From sequence record PV053165: DNA of 64,000 nt; one strand, written 5' to 3'. The notes under the pieces are model-generated. The model ran no database searches. It worked only from the letters and a program-made list of their open reading frames with translations, and had not been told where the DNA came from. This stretch comes from Escherichia phage PBM-3. This document shows, piece after piece, positions 30,069 through 38,422 of this stretch. Numbering within the stretch: the first letter of the stretch is position 1; each line of letters starts with the position of its first letter. Made by a program: the position numbers and the translations under genes.

Positions 30069-30134
30069 TGGTTCCGGCGTCTGGACTCGAACCAGAACAC
30101 TCATGCCGTGCACGACACTAGTACCTACACCGGA
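30069..30134 (-). tRNA. Short tRNA-like element (~66 nt; D-arm apparently missing)
   Basis: Reverse complement: acceptor TCCGGTG/CGCCGGA (one G-U), T-arm TCTGG-TTCGAGT-CCAGA, discriminator A, CCA encoded. Too short for a canonical cloverleaf. Confidence 0.3.
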
Positions 30135-30197
30135 ATTAATTGCCAGGGATTCCACCTGGCTCCATCTGTTTTTATAGTCACTCAGATATCGTCTGGA

Positions 30198-30280
30198 CTG
30201 TAGGCATGGGTGGGAATCGAACCCACAAACCATTCAGCACTGTAGCCTCACGCTCTACCTATTTGAGCTATCACATACCA
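30198..30280 (-). tRNA. tRNA-like element (T-arm GTGGG-TTCGATT-CCCAC; imperfect acceptor)
   Basis: T-arm and a GCTC/GAGC D-like hairpin are present on the - strand, but acceptor pairing is imperfect (6 of 7) and the spacing is non-canonical. Confidence 0.3.
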
Positions 30281-30540
30281 TTGATTAACTCCCCGTTTCT
30301 AATACATGGACGGGGACACTCCACGGTCGTTTGATAATCAGGACGACTCACTCCTGACTGACGCTTGGCTTATTAGGCTGCCATCAGAACAACATCATCG
30401 TTTGCATTTATGTTATTGGTTCGTTTCTAAAAAACCGCATAATCGCTTACGAAAACTATCAAAGAGTACACTAGCTCTGGGCCACGCTTGTGGACATCGG
30501 CCTACCTTCCACAGCTAATCAACTAATGCACTCACTGATA

Positions 30541-30876
30541 GCCCATAATAGGGGGGAGGGGACGAATCCTCCCTTTATACCCTATATTGCATGTAAGATC
30601 TAACAGTTCGATGTTGTAGGTAGCTAGGCTATCCGACATTTAACCCAGCCCATATAGGGGCTTATGTGATTAGAATGCTCAACATTGAGCGGTTAGTTTG
30701 ATAAGGGATCTGAAGCCTTATCCTAAAGATACTAACCTTTGGGATATAGCCTAAGATTCAGAAATGGCCCCTATAGGGAGAGGCCATTGATTAACCCGAA
30801 TGTTGCTTTACATTTGCTGTGATAACCAATTCTTAAAATAGTCTGTCTGACGGATGGGGGTCCACCCCTAGCGTCA
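30541..30876. repeat. Array of spaced GC-rich palindromes in an AT-rich non-coding region
   Basis: Related palindromic motifs GCCCATAATAGGGGGG (30541), AGCCCATATAGGGGCT (30647) and GGCCCCTATAGGGAGAGGCC (30766), ~107-118 bp apart, plus GGGGTCCACCCC (~30865). No ORF of 60 aa or more. Confidence 0.35.
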
Positions 30877-30959
30877 GTGCCATACGGCAAAGATTAAGTT
30901 AAGAAAGGTTATGATAGGAGTTCCTATCTCAAAGGATTCTAACAGAACCCTTCACGATA

Positions 30960-31130
30960 TTAACTACTCTTTTTTAATGCCTTTACTTCACCATCTTTAT
31001 ACCAAGCATATGGTATTAAGATTTTGCAACCTTCTGAATCAATGTGGAATGCTTTGTTCCCTTCAACAGGTTCTCCACCCACGAAAGAACTAACCTTTCC
31101 ATTGAGCCAGTGAATAGTAAATTTGTTCAT
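30960..31130 (-). CDS. Small hypothetical protein (56 aa, below the ORF-track cutoff)
   Basis: ATG at 31130 preceded by GAGG RBS; encodes MNKFTIHWLNGKVSSFVGGEPVEGNKAFHIDSEGCKILIPYAWYKDGEVKALKKSS. Confidence 0.35.
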   Translation of the reverse strand: MNKFTIHWLNGKVSSFVGGEPVEGNKAFHIDSEGCKILIPYAWYKDGEVKALKKSS

Positions 31131-31361
31131 GTTAACCTCGTTTGAACCAATCCCCTTCGGAGAGTATTAAAGGGGACTGGTTCGGTTGTTGTTACTCTGG
31201 CGGCTTGTCACCACCGTGTTTACCACTGCATTTCCACAGGATAATGACAGTGATGATAAAAGCTATGTATGGAGCCGACACGTCTATAATCCTGACCAGT
31301 AGTAGCATCAGGACTATAAACACTACCACACCTAGCAGCAGCTTCTGAGCCACCTACCAGA

Positions 31362-31805
31362 TTAACTACGTTTAAGGCCAGCGAACAGTGAAGGCTTAGT
31401 AGCAGGTTTCTCTGCTGGTTCTTCAGCCTTAACCTCTTCCTGCACAACTTCTTCTTGTGCTTCTGGTTCAGCTACTGCTTCTTCTTCAGGTTCCGGCGTA
31501 GAACTCTCGTTCTGTCCACCAGTAGAGGTCTGGGTTTCTTCTTCCTTTACCTCTTCAACCACTTCTTCCGGTTCCGGTTCTACCGGACGGTGTTTAGCTT
31601 CCTGAGGGTTCTTACGAGAACGACGCGTCTTCTTCTCTACCAAGGGTGGAGTATCATCGTTATGACTTACCTCTTCGTTGATACCAACGGAGGCTGTACC
31701 ATCTGCATTGATGACAATATTAATGTCACCAGCAAGATTGATTTGATCATCGACATAAGCTTGTACAGCAGCTTCTACTTCGGACTGGTTCAAAATGATT
31801 TGCAT
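31362..31805 (-). CDS. Hypothetical protein with acidic Glu/Pro-rich C-terminal tail
   Basis: 147-aa ORF; the C-terminal half is low-complexity EEVVEEVKEEE/PEPEEE. Confidence 0.4.
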   Translation of the reverse strand: MQIILNQSEVEAAVQAYVDDQINLAGDINIVINADGTASVGINEEVSHNDDTPPLVEKKTRRSRKNPQEAKHRPVEPEPEEVVEEVKEEETQTSTGGQNESSTPEPEEEAVAEPEAQEEVVQEEVKAEEPAEKPATKPSLFAGLKRS

Positions 31806-31806
31806 A

Positions 31807-32361
31807 TTATGCCTTTATTAATTTAATGAGGTTCTGGAAAGCTGGTAGATTTACTCCAGCGTGGATTGCACCGATTGCATCTGCTAAGTGCTCATTCTTA
31901 TTCAGAAGTTTGCCTTTCTTATCTGTGAGCCAGTTGGCTTCGGGATAGATGGCATGAGCAGCACGAATCATCGTGTCTTTAGATGCAGTTTTATCGCCGA
32001 CCAGTGCAAGTTTGTTTTCAATTGGGGATACTTCAAAGATTGGACAACCCAATGCACGAAATGCACCAATTAATCCTACGCATACGCCATAGGATTTCAT
32101 ACCGTTAGCAGACTGAGAGCCTACTGGTACTTCTACGAATACTGCTTTAGCAGACCGTAACCATTCTTCACAACCAAGAAACAAATCGTGAGCGGCTTGT
32201 ATATCTTTGGAGTTGGTTCGAACTTGTTTGTTGTGGTCAACTTCAGTTTGAACCAGTTTAAGTTCGACCTGCTCGAAGACGCCGGACTCAATGTCCAGCA
32301 TCCCACGAGCTAAACCCCAATTGCGGAGACTAATGTCTGCACCAACAATTGGGATTTTCAT
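31807..32361 (-). CDS. Putative RuvC-like Holliday junction resolvase
   Basis: N-terminal MKIPIVGADISLRNWG and C-terminal NEHLADAIGAIHAGV resemble RuvC-fold catalytic segments. Adjacent to replication/recombination genes. Confidence 0.35.
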   Translation of the reverse strand: MKIPIVGADISLRNWGLARGMLDIESGVFEQVELKLVQTEVDHNKQVRTNSKDIQAAHDLFLGCEEWLRSAKAVFVEVPVGSQSANGMKSYGVCVGLIGAFRALGCPIFEVSPIENKLALVGDKTASKDTMIRAAHAIYPEANWLTDKKGKLLNKNEHLADAIGAIHAGVNLPAFQNLIKLIKA

Positions 32362-33158
32362 TAACGTTTACCGAACAGTGATTTACCACCAGCAGGAGCA
32401 GTACCCGTGCCAGCACTTGGTTTAGGAGGCAAGCCACCTTTGCCATTACCACCAGCAGAACCCTTGGTCTTATCACGGGTTTTACCCTTGTTCTTTTCTA
32501 ACCATGCTGCATAAAATACAGCCAGTTCTGGGGTCAGTTCTTTCTCAGCCTTCTCTGCTTCCTGAGCCTCGACGACTGTGACCAGCAGTTCCGGGTGAAA
32601 CACTTTCTGAATCTCGTTTACTTCACGGGTTTCACCGGAATCAACGTAACCGTTGTCACCCTTAACCTGCTTGGATTCCAGAACTTTTTCCAGAGCAAAG
32701 GTAACAGTCTGACCAACCAGGTCAACTGGAACCATGACAGATTTATTAACTTCTGCTTTAGCATCGAAGTCATAGACTTTAACAATCTTCTCTTCGAAGT
32801 CAGCTTCAGGCAGTTCTGTACCGGTAGCCATCAGCATCATGTCATTGATGACGGTATAACCTGGCAGGAAGTATTCTTTACCATTCTTCTCGTAAGTAGG
32901 CTTATTGCCTTTAGAATTACCAGAAGTGAAGTACACCTGTGAACGGAACTCGCCAGCATCATTACCATCAGAACCTTTCAGGTTTTCAATGATTAACTGC
33001 ATCCAGTCTGCACCAGAGTCAGCTTTACCTACGTAAGCTACTTTTACAGTACCGGTGTAGATATCTGACTCCTTTGCACCGAAGCCACCACCACCAAGGG
33101 AGTCTTTTACAGCTTCAACGTTTTTGGTTTTTTCTTTCAAGTTACTGAACAGTGACAT
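32361..33158 (-). CDS. Single-stranded DNA-binding protein (N4 SSB-like)
   Basis: 265-aa ORF with Gly-rich low-complexity C-terminal tail, in the replication module next to a RecA-like ATPase. Length and position match N4 SSB as recalled. Confidence 0.45.
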   Translation of the reverse strand: MSLFSNLKEKTKNVEAVKDSLGGGGFGAKESDIYTGTVKVAYVGKADSGADWMQLIIENLKGSDGNDAGEFRSQVYFTSGNSKGNKPTYEKNGKEYFLPGYTVINDMMLMATGTELPEADFEEKIVKVYDFDAKAEVNKSVMVPVDLVGQTVTFALEKVLESKQVKGDNGYVDSGETREVNEIQKVFHPELLVTVVEAQEAEKAEKELTPELAVFYAAWLEKNKGKTRDKTKGSAGGNGKGGLPPKPSAGTGTAPAGGKSLFGKR

Positions 33159-33198
33159 AATATTTTTCCTAATAAGTGATTAACAACCAGGCAAACGC

Positions 33199-33951
33199 TT
33201 AAGCGTAGTATTCAGCCAGATGGTCTAAGAGTTTCTGGGCATCATTATCAATGTAAGTCTCAGACTTATCGAACATACCCATTGGGGAACGTAGACGTTT
33301 ACCAACAGACTTCTTGGTTGGGCGAGTCTGGAATACGTGCTTATAACCTAAGTCACGTTCTTCTTCGGTAATTTCAAGCATCTTGTTGCCATACTTCTCC
33401 AGCTCTTTAATGTCTACACGCTCTGCGTAAACCACTGTAGAGAAGTAAGCCTCAAGACCATTGTTCTTCAGAGAACCTTTCACTGGGATGAATGTTTTAA
33501 TCACACCAGCAGCTTCGTCGAGTTCATCTTTGGCATGGGCAGTAATAATTACTGGCTTACCAAATTTAACAACTTTCTGTTGCAGCAGTATTTTAAAGAA
33601 CTGTGCAAAATCTCCCCATGCCTTCTGAGTATTAGCAGATGGCAGTACATACTGAGATTCCAGCATATCCATCATGAAGGTAGCAGAGTCGATAATGATT
33701 CCATCAACATCGTCTGCCATTTCACCACCTGGGGATGCAACATCAAATGCTTCCCAAATCTGATATGGGTCTTCAATGTTGTAGGTATTAAACTTGTTAC
33801 GGAAAGGTAGACGTTTACCTGCTTCAGTATTCAGATAGAGCCAGCGTTCCTGGTTCCTGATGTTACGCAGTGATGCTGATTTACCACTCGCTGAGAATCC
33901 TGCAATCAGGATTAGCTGAGTGTTCATATCATTGGAGATTTCTTCGGACAT
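33199..33951 (-). CDS. RecA-like/AAA ATPase (Sak4-like recombination or replication ATPase)
   Basis: Walker A GFSASGKS and Walker B-like IIIDSATF; ~250 aa, typical of phage AAA_24-type ATPases. Confidence 0.5.
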   Translation of the reverse strand: MSEEISNDMNTQLILIAGFSASGKSASLRNIRNQERWLYLNTEAGKRLPFRNKFNTYNIEDPYQIWEAFDVASPGGEMADDVDGIIIDSATFMMDMLESQYVLPSANTQKAWGDFAQFFKILLQQKVVKFGKPVIITAHAKDELDEAAGVIKTFIPVKGSLKNNGLEAYFSTVVYAERVDIKELEKYGNKMLEITEEERDLGYKHVFQTRPTKKSVGKRLRSPMGMFDKSETYIDNDAQKLLDHLAEYYA

Positions 33952-34007
33952 TATTTTTCCTCGTTTAATTTAGGAGTCCTTCAAACCAAAGAAAGACTCC
34001 TGTTTAC

Positions 34008-36161
34008 TTATTTGCCAGCGTAGCGTTTAGCCACGGTGACCATTACGGTTGCATTCAATTCATCATCTGGTAATGGATTAGCCAGTTTCTTATTGAATGT
34101 GTGGACGGCTTGCTGTACTTGAGCAAAGTCCCAACCACTGTCAACCAATGCCAGTGCGTACTTAATCATTTGATTATTACGATTACCGGAGGCAATACGA
34201 CTAGCGAACCAACGCTCCAGATTATCCAACGACTGTACTTCCTTCATCTGGTTCTGGAACTGCTCGTTCTTACTAGTACGAGGAATAAAGTCACGCACAT
34301 CTAACAGATTCGCATCAAGATTGTAATGATAGGAACCAGTCTCACAGGACATCCACTTCTTGGCTCGTTGGTTAGCAGACTCATCTGTTTCAAATGGTAG
34401 CCAAGCCATAACGTTATTCATGAACTCTTTGTATTCCTCAGTGTCGAGGTGTAACTCATAGTTCATTGGAATAATCAGACGGAAGCGGTTCTCTTCATCA
34501 GTATGACGCTTGGTGGTATAGGTCATGAACTTATATTCCTTCATTAGTTCATGGCACGTATGCAGGGGTACTCCACCATCACAGTCAATAACAATCATGT
34601 TAAATCCTGGGATAACATTTTCTTCAGAACGATGCCCATTCTTCATGTGATGGTTTACCCAGTGCATACCGGGAGCTTGGGTTAATACATGCAACTGGTC
34701 GAACGGTACACGTTCACCAATGTAGTCATAAGCAAAGCTATCACTATACGCCACAATCATCTCATTGATGTCTGTCTCTTTAAGAGTTTCACCACGGAAG
34801 AACTCAATACCTTCATTGAAGGTCTTCTTAATGATGATGTGCTGCTTGTAACCCCATGCTGTAGCAAGAGTCATCATCTCATTACGAGCTGCATTACCAC
34901 TCTTATAGAATGGTAAAGACTCCACCAAATCAGCATGGGTTACTTCTTTACCTACAGAAGCAATGTACTTAGCCAGCTTCACATAAGCCTTCTCACGATT
35001 GAGGATTGTCTGAAATGCTGCTCCAGATTCTTCTACAAGCAGAATTGCTTGTTTAAGGTGGGTCATCTCAATGAATGAACTTTGGTCAACAAACGCCAGT
35101 GCACCTGCCAGCTTAAGTGCTTTGAAATAACGGTGAGAAATTTCAGCTTTACGAATATCTTCATGGTCAGCCATAGCTTCTGCTTGCTTCTCACAATCAA
35201 TTTTGTAAGCAATCAGAGCAATACCCACGGCATCTTCTACAACCATCTTAAAACCAAACAGGTTTGGGTCAGCCAGACTATGGAAATGGTTAGCCCACTT
35301 ACCAAGAGTCTGTACGTTATCTTGTTTAATCAGGTTACGGTAGATTTCTTCCGGGGTTAGTGTTGCATGTGCTCTCTTGTCTAAGTGACCAGTAGCAAAC
35401 AGACAGCGACGTGCATACCCTATATCGAGAAAGCCATAGAACTGGTCTTCAGTCTGACCACCATCCAGCAGCTTACTCGGAGTACCGAACAGCAGCAGGT
35501 TAGTTGGAGTTTTTCCATCCAATTCTTCACCACGAACGCTTTCAGCAGTATTCTTGGTTAGCTTCTGTTTTACTTTTCCCTGGTCATATAACTCCAGGAA
35601 TAGGGTTAGTACATCCATGTTAGCCAACAGGTTCGAACCAATTTCATCAATCTGAAGATTGATTGAACCACACCCAGCCATTAACAGCTTATGCCGTAGC
35701 TGTTTAACTGCTGGTGGAGTACCAGAGTCAAACGTAAACGGATATGCCCCGGCACGTTTATACTCTGCTTCAACTTTATCAAACTCTTCCTGCTGGTCAG
35801 TACCCTGACGAGCAGAACGTTCGTTAGCAATCTTCCATAGACGATCATTTGCAATGACGGGCATGGTGTCTTCCATAAAGCGTTTACGGAAGCCAGACAT
35901 GAACCCGTCTTCAATGATATTTACTGAGTGACCTTTACCGAAACCAGATGTAGCCAACGCTATAGCGTAGATGTTTACCGGCAGGTCACCACGGTCTTTA
36001 GTTACAATGGTTGCACCCATGCAGGATGCCATTTTAGCCAAGAAGTAGGCTACTTCGACACGGAAGAATCCCCGGTCATTATTCTGGGTTTTATTGCAGA
36101 GCACATCTACGATTTCTTCAATCGCTGGATGGTGACTGATGCCAGTAAGGTCGATACTCAT
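34008..36161 (-). CDS. Putative DNA primase (primase-polymerase-like)
   Basis: 717-aa ORF in the replication module. C-terminal region has an AEP-like acidic motif NMIVIDCDGG followed by a conserved His and a primase C-terminal-like tail. Confidence 0.4.
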   Translation of the reverse strand: MSIDLTGISHHPAIEEIVDVLCNKTQNNDRGFFRVEVAYFLAKMASCMGATIVTKDRGDLPVNIYAIALATSGFGKGHSVNIIEDGFMSGFRKRFMEDTMPVIANDRLWKIANERSARQGTDQQEEFDKVEAEYKRAGAYPFTFDSGTPPAVKQLRHKLLMAGCGSINLQIDEIGSNLLANMDVLTLFLELYDQGKVKQKLTKNTAESVRGEELDGKTPTNLLLFGTPSKLLDGGQTEDQFYGFLDIGYARRCLFATGHLDKRAHATLTPEEIYRNLIKQDNVQTLGKWANHFHSLADPNLFGFKMVVEDAVGIALIAYKIDCEKQAEAMADHEDIRKAEISHRYFKALKLAGALAFVDQSSFIEMTHLKQAILLVEESGAAFQTILNREKAYVKLAKYIASVGKEVTHADLVESLPFYKSGNAARNEMMTLATAWGYKQHIIIKKTFNEGIEFFRGETLKETDINEMIVAYSDSFAYDYIGERVPFDQLHVLTQAPGMHWVNHHMKNGHRSEENVIPGFNMIVIDCDGGVPLHTCHELMKEYKFMTYTTKRHTDEENRFRLIIPMNYELHLDTEEYKEFMNNVMAWLPFETDESANQRAKKWMSCETGSYHYNLDANLLDVRDFIPRTSKNEQFQNQMKEVQSLDNLERWFASRIASGNRNNQMIKYALALVDSGWDFAQVQQAVHTFNKKLANPLPDDELNATVMVTVAKRYAGK

Positions 36162-36673
36162 TTGATTAATCCTATGCTCTTATTAGTGACGGCATATTCT
36201 CCGAAGTATTTTACGGCAGCTAAGTCGTATACTTTGGCAGCTTCAATTGCTTCCAGGAATACACCTAAATGAATTGATTTACGGTTTACTTTGATTTTGG
36301 CTAAGTAGTTACCCCTGAACTTAGTAACACCCATAAAACCACTGGTGTTGTTTTTATTCAGTCCACGGTTAGCACCATTGGTGCTTTTATCCGCTTCCCT
36401 TAGATTGTCTATCCAGTTGTGGTGACGTATGGTGTCTTTATGGTCTATTAAACCAGTAGGCCACATACCGTACACGTACAACCAAGCTAACCTATGGGCA
36501 GCTTCCCGTTTGGCATCAACTGTTATGTAGAGATAACCGTCACTGTTATTGAGCGACCCAGCAACACTACCGACAGGTGTTCGGTTACTGAGGGAGATGC
36601 GGCGAGTAAATATCCCAGTAAGTGGGTCATAATGCAGCAACTCTTTTAGCCGTTGCTGAGTCAGCTTAATCAT
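36158..36673 (-). CDS. HNH homing endonuclease with AP2-type DNA-binding domain
   Basis: HNH core GYLYITVDAKREAAHRLAWLYVYG...DHKDTIRHHNWIDNLREADKSTNGANRG followed by AP2-like SGFMGVTKFRGNYLAKIKVNRKSIHLGVFLEAIEAAKVYDLAAVKYFG. 4-nt overlaps with both neighbours. Confidence 0.75.
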   Translation of the reverse strand: MIKLTQQRLKELLHYDPLTGIFTRRISLSNRTPVGSVAGSLNNSDGYLYITVDAKREAAHRLAWLYVYGMWPTGLIDHKDTIRHHNWIDNLREADKSTNGANRGLNKNNTSGFMGVTKFRGNYLAKIKVNRKSIHLGVFLEAIEAAKVYDLAAVKYFGEYAVTNKSIGLIK

Positions 36674-37650
36674 GATGGAAAATATCTCTCTCTTTGTTTG
36701 CAAATGGTTGCGACAGGGCAGTATAAGCAACGCTTAACCTGCCCCTCCACGACCTTGATAGCACCCTTGCCACCTTTTTCAGCCATGAAGATACGGGCAG
36801 ATGCCATATCGTCAAAGTTTTTGGTACTTCTGGCTCCAGGCATATCTACCTTAGAAGCATCAGAGAAGTATTTGAACTGTGGCTCTGTTCGCCACAACTC
36901 CTCGTCAGTACATTCAGGAATTTCCTCTTCAGGAGCATCCCAGTACTTTTCGATGAGATGTATCTTCTCTTCTACCCAACGTTCAGTCTTATCGACAGAT
37001 AACAACGGAATATCCTTATGCATAATACGATTAGCAGGATAGTTCGGATTGCTATTAGCCATGTGTTTCATGAAGTCAGTGAAGATGTAGTTAATACGGA
37101 TTACATCCTCGGTAATGATGTCGTTGTGAATCCAACGGTACAAGCTACCTTGCATCTTGTGTTCATCATCACGGGAACCAGCAACCCAGGAATAGGTTGA
37201 GGTAGACTTAAAGTCTTGCAATAGACCTTCTGTTACGATGTCGAACTTACCTCCGATAGTCCAACCCTTAACTACCCTGGTTCCACGTTGTTCAATGTAG
37301 ATTGGGATAAGGTCAGGGTTAGCATCAAAGTCTGCTTTGGTTGGGTTAATGACTACTGCATCAATTACTCGCTGAGGATAACCCAACTTTTTCAATGCAG
37401 TCTTATGGCCTAACTTCCAGGCTTTCTCAATAGAATCGTGTAAGCCAGTACCCATTGATGTGGAGACAAAATCCATAACATCAATTGACTGGTCACTGAG
37501 GTCTACACGATGCTTCATGACGATTTGCTTAAGTGGCTTAAGCAGTGTGGTTACAGACAGATACTTAGGATTGTCTACATAATCATACTCGTCATGTAAT
37601 AGCCATACAGCCAGGGCCAGCGAGACATCATGGTTGTTGGTTATCTTCAT
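36670..37650 (-). CDS. PD-(D/E)xK exonuclease (RecB/Cas4-like) with C-terminal Cys cluster
   Basis: GGKFDIVTE ... EHKMQGSLY fits the D...E.K nuclease core; C-terminal RCLYCPVATICK Cys motif. Confidence 0.5.
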   Translation of the reverse strand: MKITNNHDVSLALAVWLLHDEYDYVDNPKYLSVTTLLKPLKQIVMKHRVDLSDQSIDVMDFVSTSMGTGLHDSIEKAWKLGHKTALKKLGYPQRVIDAVVINPTKADFDANPDLIPIYIEQRGTRVVKGWTIGGKFDIVTEGLLQDFKSTSTYSWVAGSRDDEHKMQGSLYRWIHNDIITEDVIRINYIFTDFMKHMANSNPNYPANRIMHKDIPLLSVDKTERWVEEKIHLIEKYWDAPEEEIPECTDEELWRTEPQFKYFSDASKVDMPGARSTKNFDDMASARIFMAEKGGKGAIKVVEGQVKRCLYCPVATICKQRERYFPS

Positions 37651-38117
37651 CAGTAAGTAATCCTGTATCTATGCACCTGGTTCCAACGAATACTCTCTAC
37701 CTCATCGAAGCTATAGCTGACTATGTTATCTAGTTCACCTTTGTACGCTACCTCAATGAACTGAAAGTTCACTGTTAGATAAGGATTTCCATTCCCCGGG
37801 TAATGCCAGCATCTCCCAGTAGCAGTGATATCTGTGGCAGGTAATTCATCTACTAACTTCTCTTTAGTAAGAATACGATTAGCGTAATGAACCAATTTCT
37901 CACAGTCATAAACTGAAGTGTTTCCAGGTTTACCATTACCCATACGGGCAGCAGCATTTCGCCATAGAGCTTTAAAGGCACAACCTTCATCGAAGGTCAT
38001 GCCTAGTGCTTGGATAATATCCTCACACTCTGCTTGGTATGGCTCTTGCTCTTTCCGTTGGGGATTCTTAATTGTAACTACATAGTAGTTATTAAGACCA
38101 CCGGAGAGCTTAGTCAT
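37650..38117 (-). CDS. DUF3310-like protein
   Basis: Segment CAFKALWRNAAARMGNGKPGNTSVYDCEKLVHYANRI matches the DUF3310 pattern as recalled. Confidence 0.4.
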   Translation of the reverse strand: MTKLSGGLNNYYVVTIKNPQRKEQEPYQAECEDIIQALGMTFDEGCAFKALWRNAAARMGNGKPGNTSVYDCEKLVHYANRILTKEKLVDELPATDITATGRCWHYPGNGNPYLTVNFQFIEVAYKGELDNIVSYSFDEVESIRWNQVHRYRITY

Positions 38118-38422
38118 TATTCCCCCTTGGGAATCATGTTTGCCTGGAACTCTGGTTCAGACATCAGGCCCAGGTTGTTAATAGATAGATAAACGATGTC
38201 TTTCAAGTCAACCGAGGTATCAAAACGCTGGTCCAGACTAATCTTCAGTGAGTGATTGGCACGAGCCAAATCTTTATAGGTCACATGAGGTTCGTCAGTG
38301 AGCAGCATTGTGTTCATGGTAAGCAGGGAGCCATCATCAGCTTTAGGAAGCTGGAAGATTACCTGTGCTGCCACCATCCAATGATACTTTTTGACTACAG
38401 TTTCTTTAGTACTTTTGGTCAT
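38117..38422 (-). CDS. Hypothetical protein
   Basis: 101-aa ORF translationally coupled between the DNA polymerase and the DUF3310-like gene. Confidence 0.35.
   Translation of the reverse strand: MTKSTKETVVKKYHWMVAAQVIFQLPKADDGSLLTMNTMLLTDEPHVTYKDLARANHSLKISLDQRFDTSVDLKDIVYLSINNLGLMSEPEFQANMIPKGE

Noticed and set aside
30771-30781. CTATAGGGAGA read as a T7 class III promoter
   Set aside because: Only the initiation region matches; the upstream specificity region (TAATACGACTCA) is absent, so it cannot be called a T7-type promoter from sequence alone. Kept only as part of the palindrome-array finding.
31455-31826. + strand ORF rich in Phe/Arg antisense to the acidic protein gene at 31362..31805
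   Set aside because: Low-complexity translation of the antisense strand of a GAA/GAG-rich gene; an artefact.
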